Below the pieces are notes generated by a model, which was not told the origin of the DNA, searched no databases, and worked only from the letters and a program-made list of their open reading frames with translations. From Octopus bimaculoides (lineage: Eukaryota), in contig NC_068984.1 of the NCBI RefSeq assembly GCF_001194135.2, positions 44,731,364 to 44,766,063 on the forward strand: a DNA stretch of 34,700 bases. The letters run 5' to 3'. A program made the translations under genes and the position numbers. Below are positions 34,184-34,700 of this stretch, one piece after another. Position 1 is the first letter of the stretch; the number at the start of each line of letters is the position of its first letter.

Positions 34184-34700
<517 letters not shown>

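Overview
AT-rich, repeat-saturated eukaryotic non-coding DNA from a short-read draft assembly, with 11 N-gaps totalling about 4.7 kb, most next to microsatellites. The repeat families look cephalopod (Octopus-like); that is my recognition and is not database-checked. No intact protein-coding gene is visible, and nearly all supplied ORFs are microsatellite or N-gap artefacts. Recognisable content: (i) a near-full-length, decayed DD34D mariner (23733-24971) plus two other Tc1/mariner ends; (ii) a decayed APE-type CR1/L2-group LINE with a tandem CCCH-like ORF1 remnant and an endonuclease (10013-11945, minus); (iii) three R4/Dong-type (RLE) LINE pieces, the youngest sitting between (AAT)n tracts at the window end; (iv) many tRNA-derived SINEs of at least four families; (v) a ~750-bp foldback element whose core is head-to-head TTAGGG/CCCTAA repeats, nested in a SINE. 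The most notable signals are three minimal type I hammerhead-ribozyme motifs (12324-12379 +, 17252-17327 +, 18221-18306 -) of the Penelope/retrozyme kind. The first is flanked by a 150-bp inverted copy whose boundary coincides, within 1 nt, with the predicted self-cleavage site. Also notable are a SINE flanked by ~170-bp direct repeats (a possible giant target-site duplication) and a candidate 11-nt microexon at 3456-3466.
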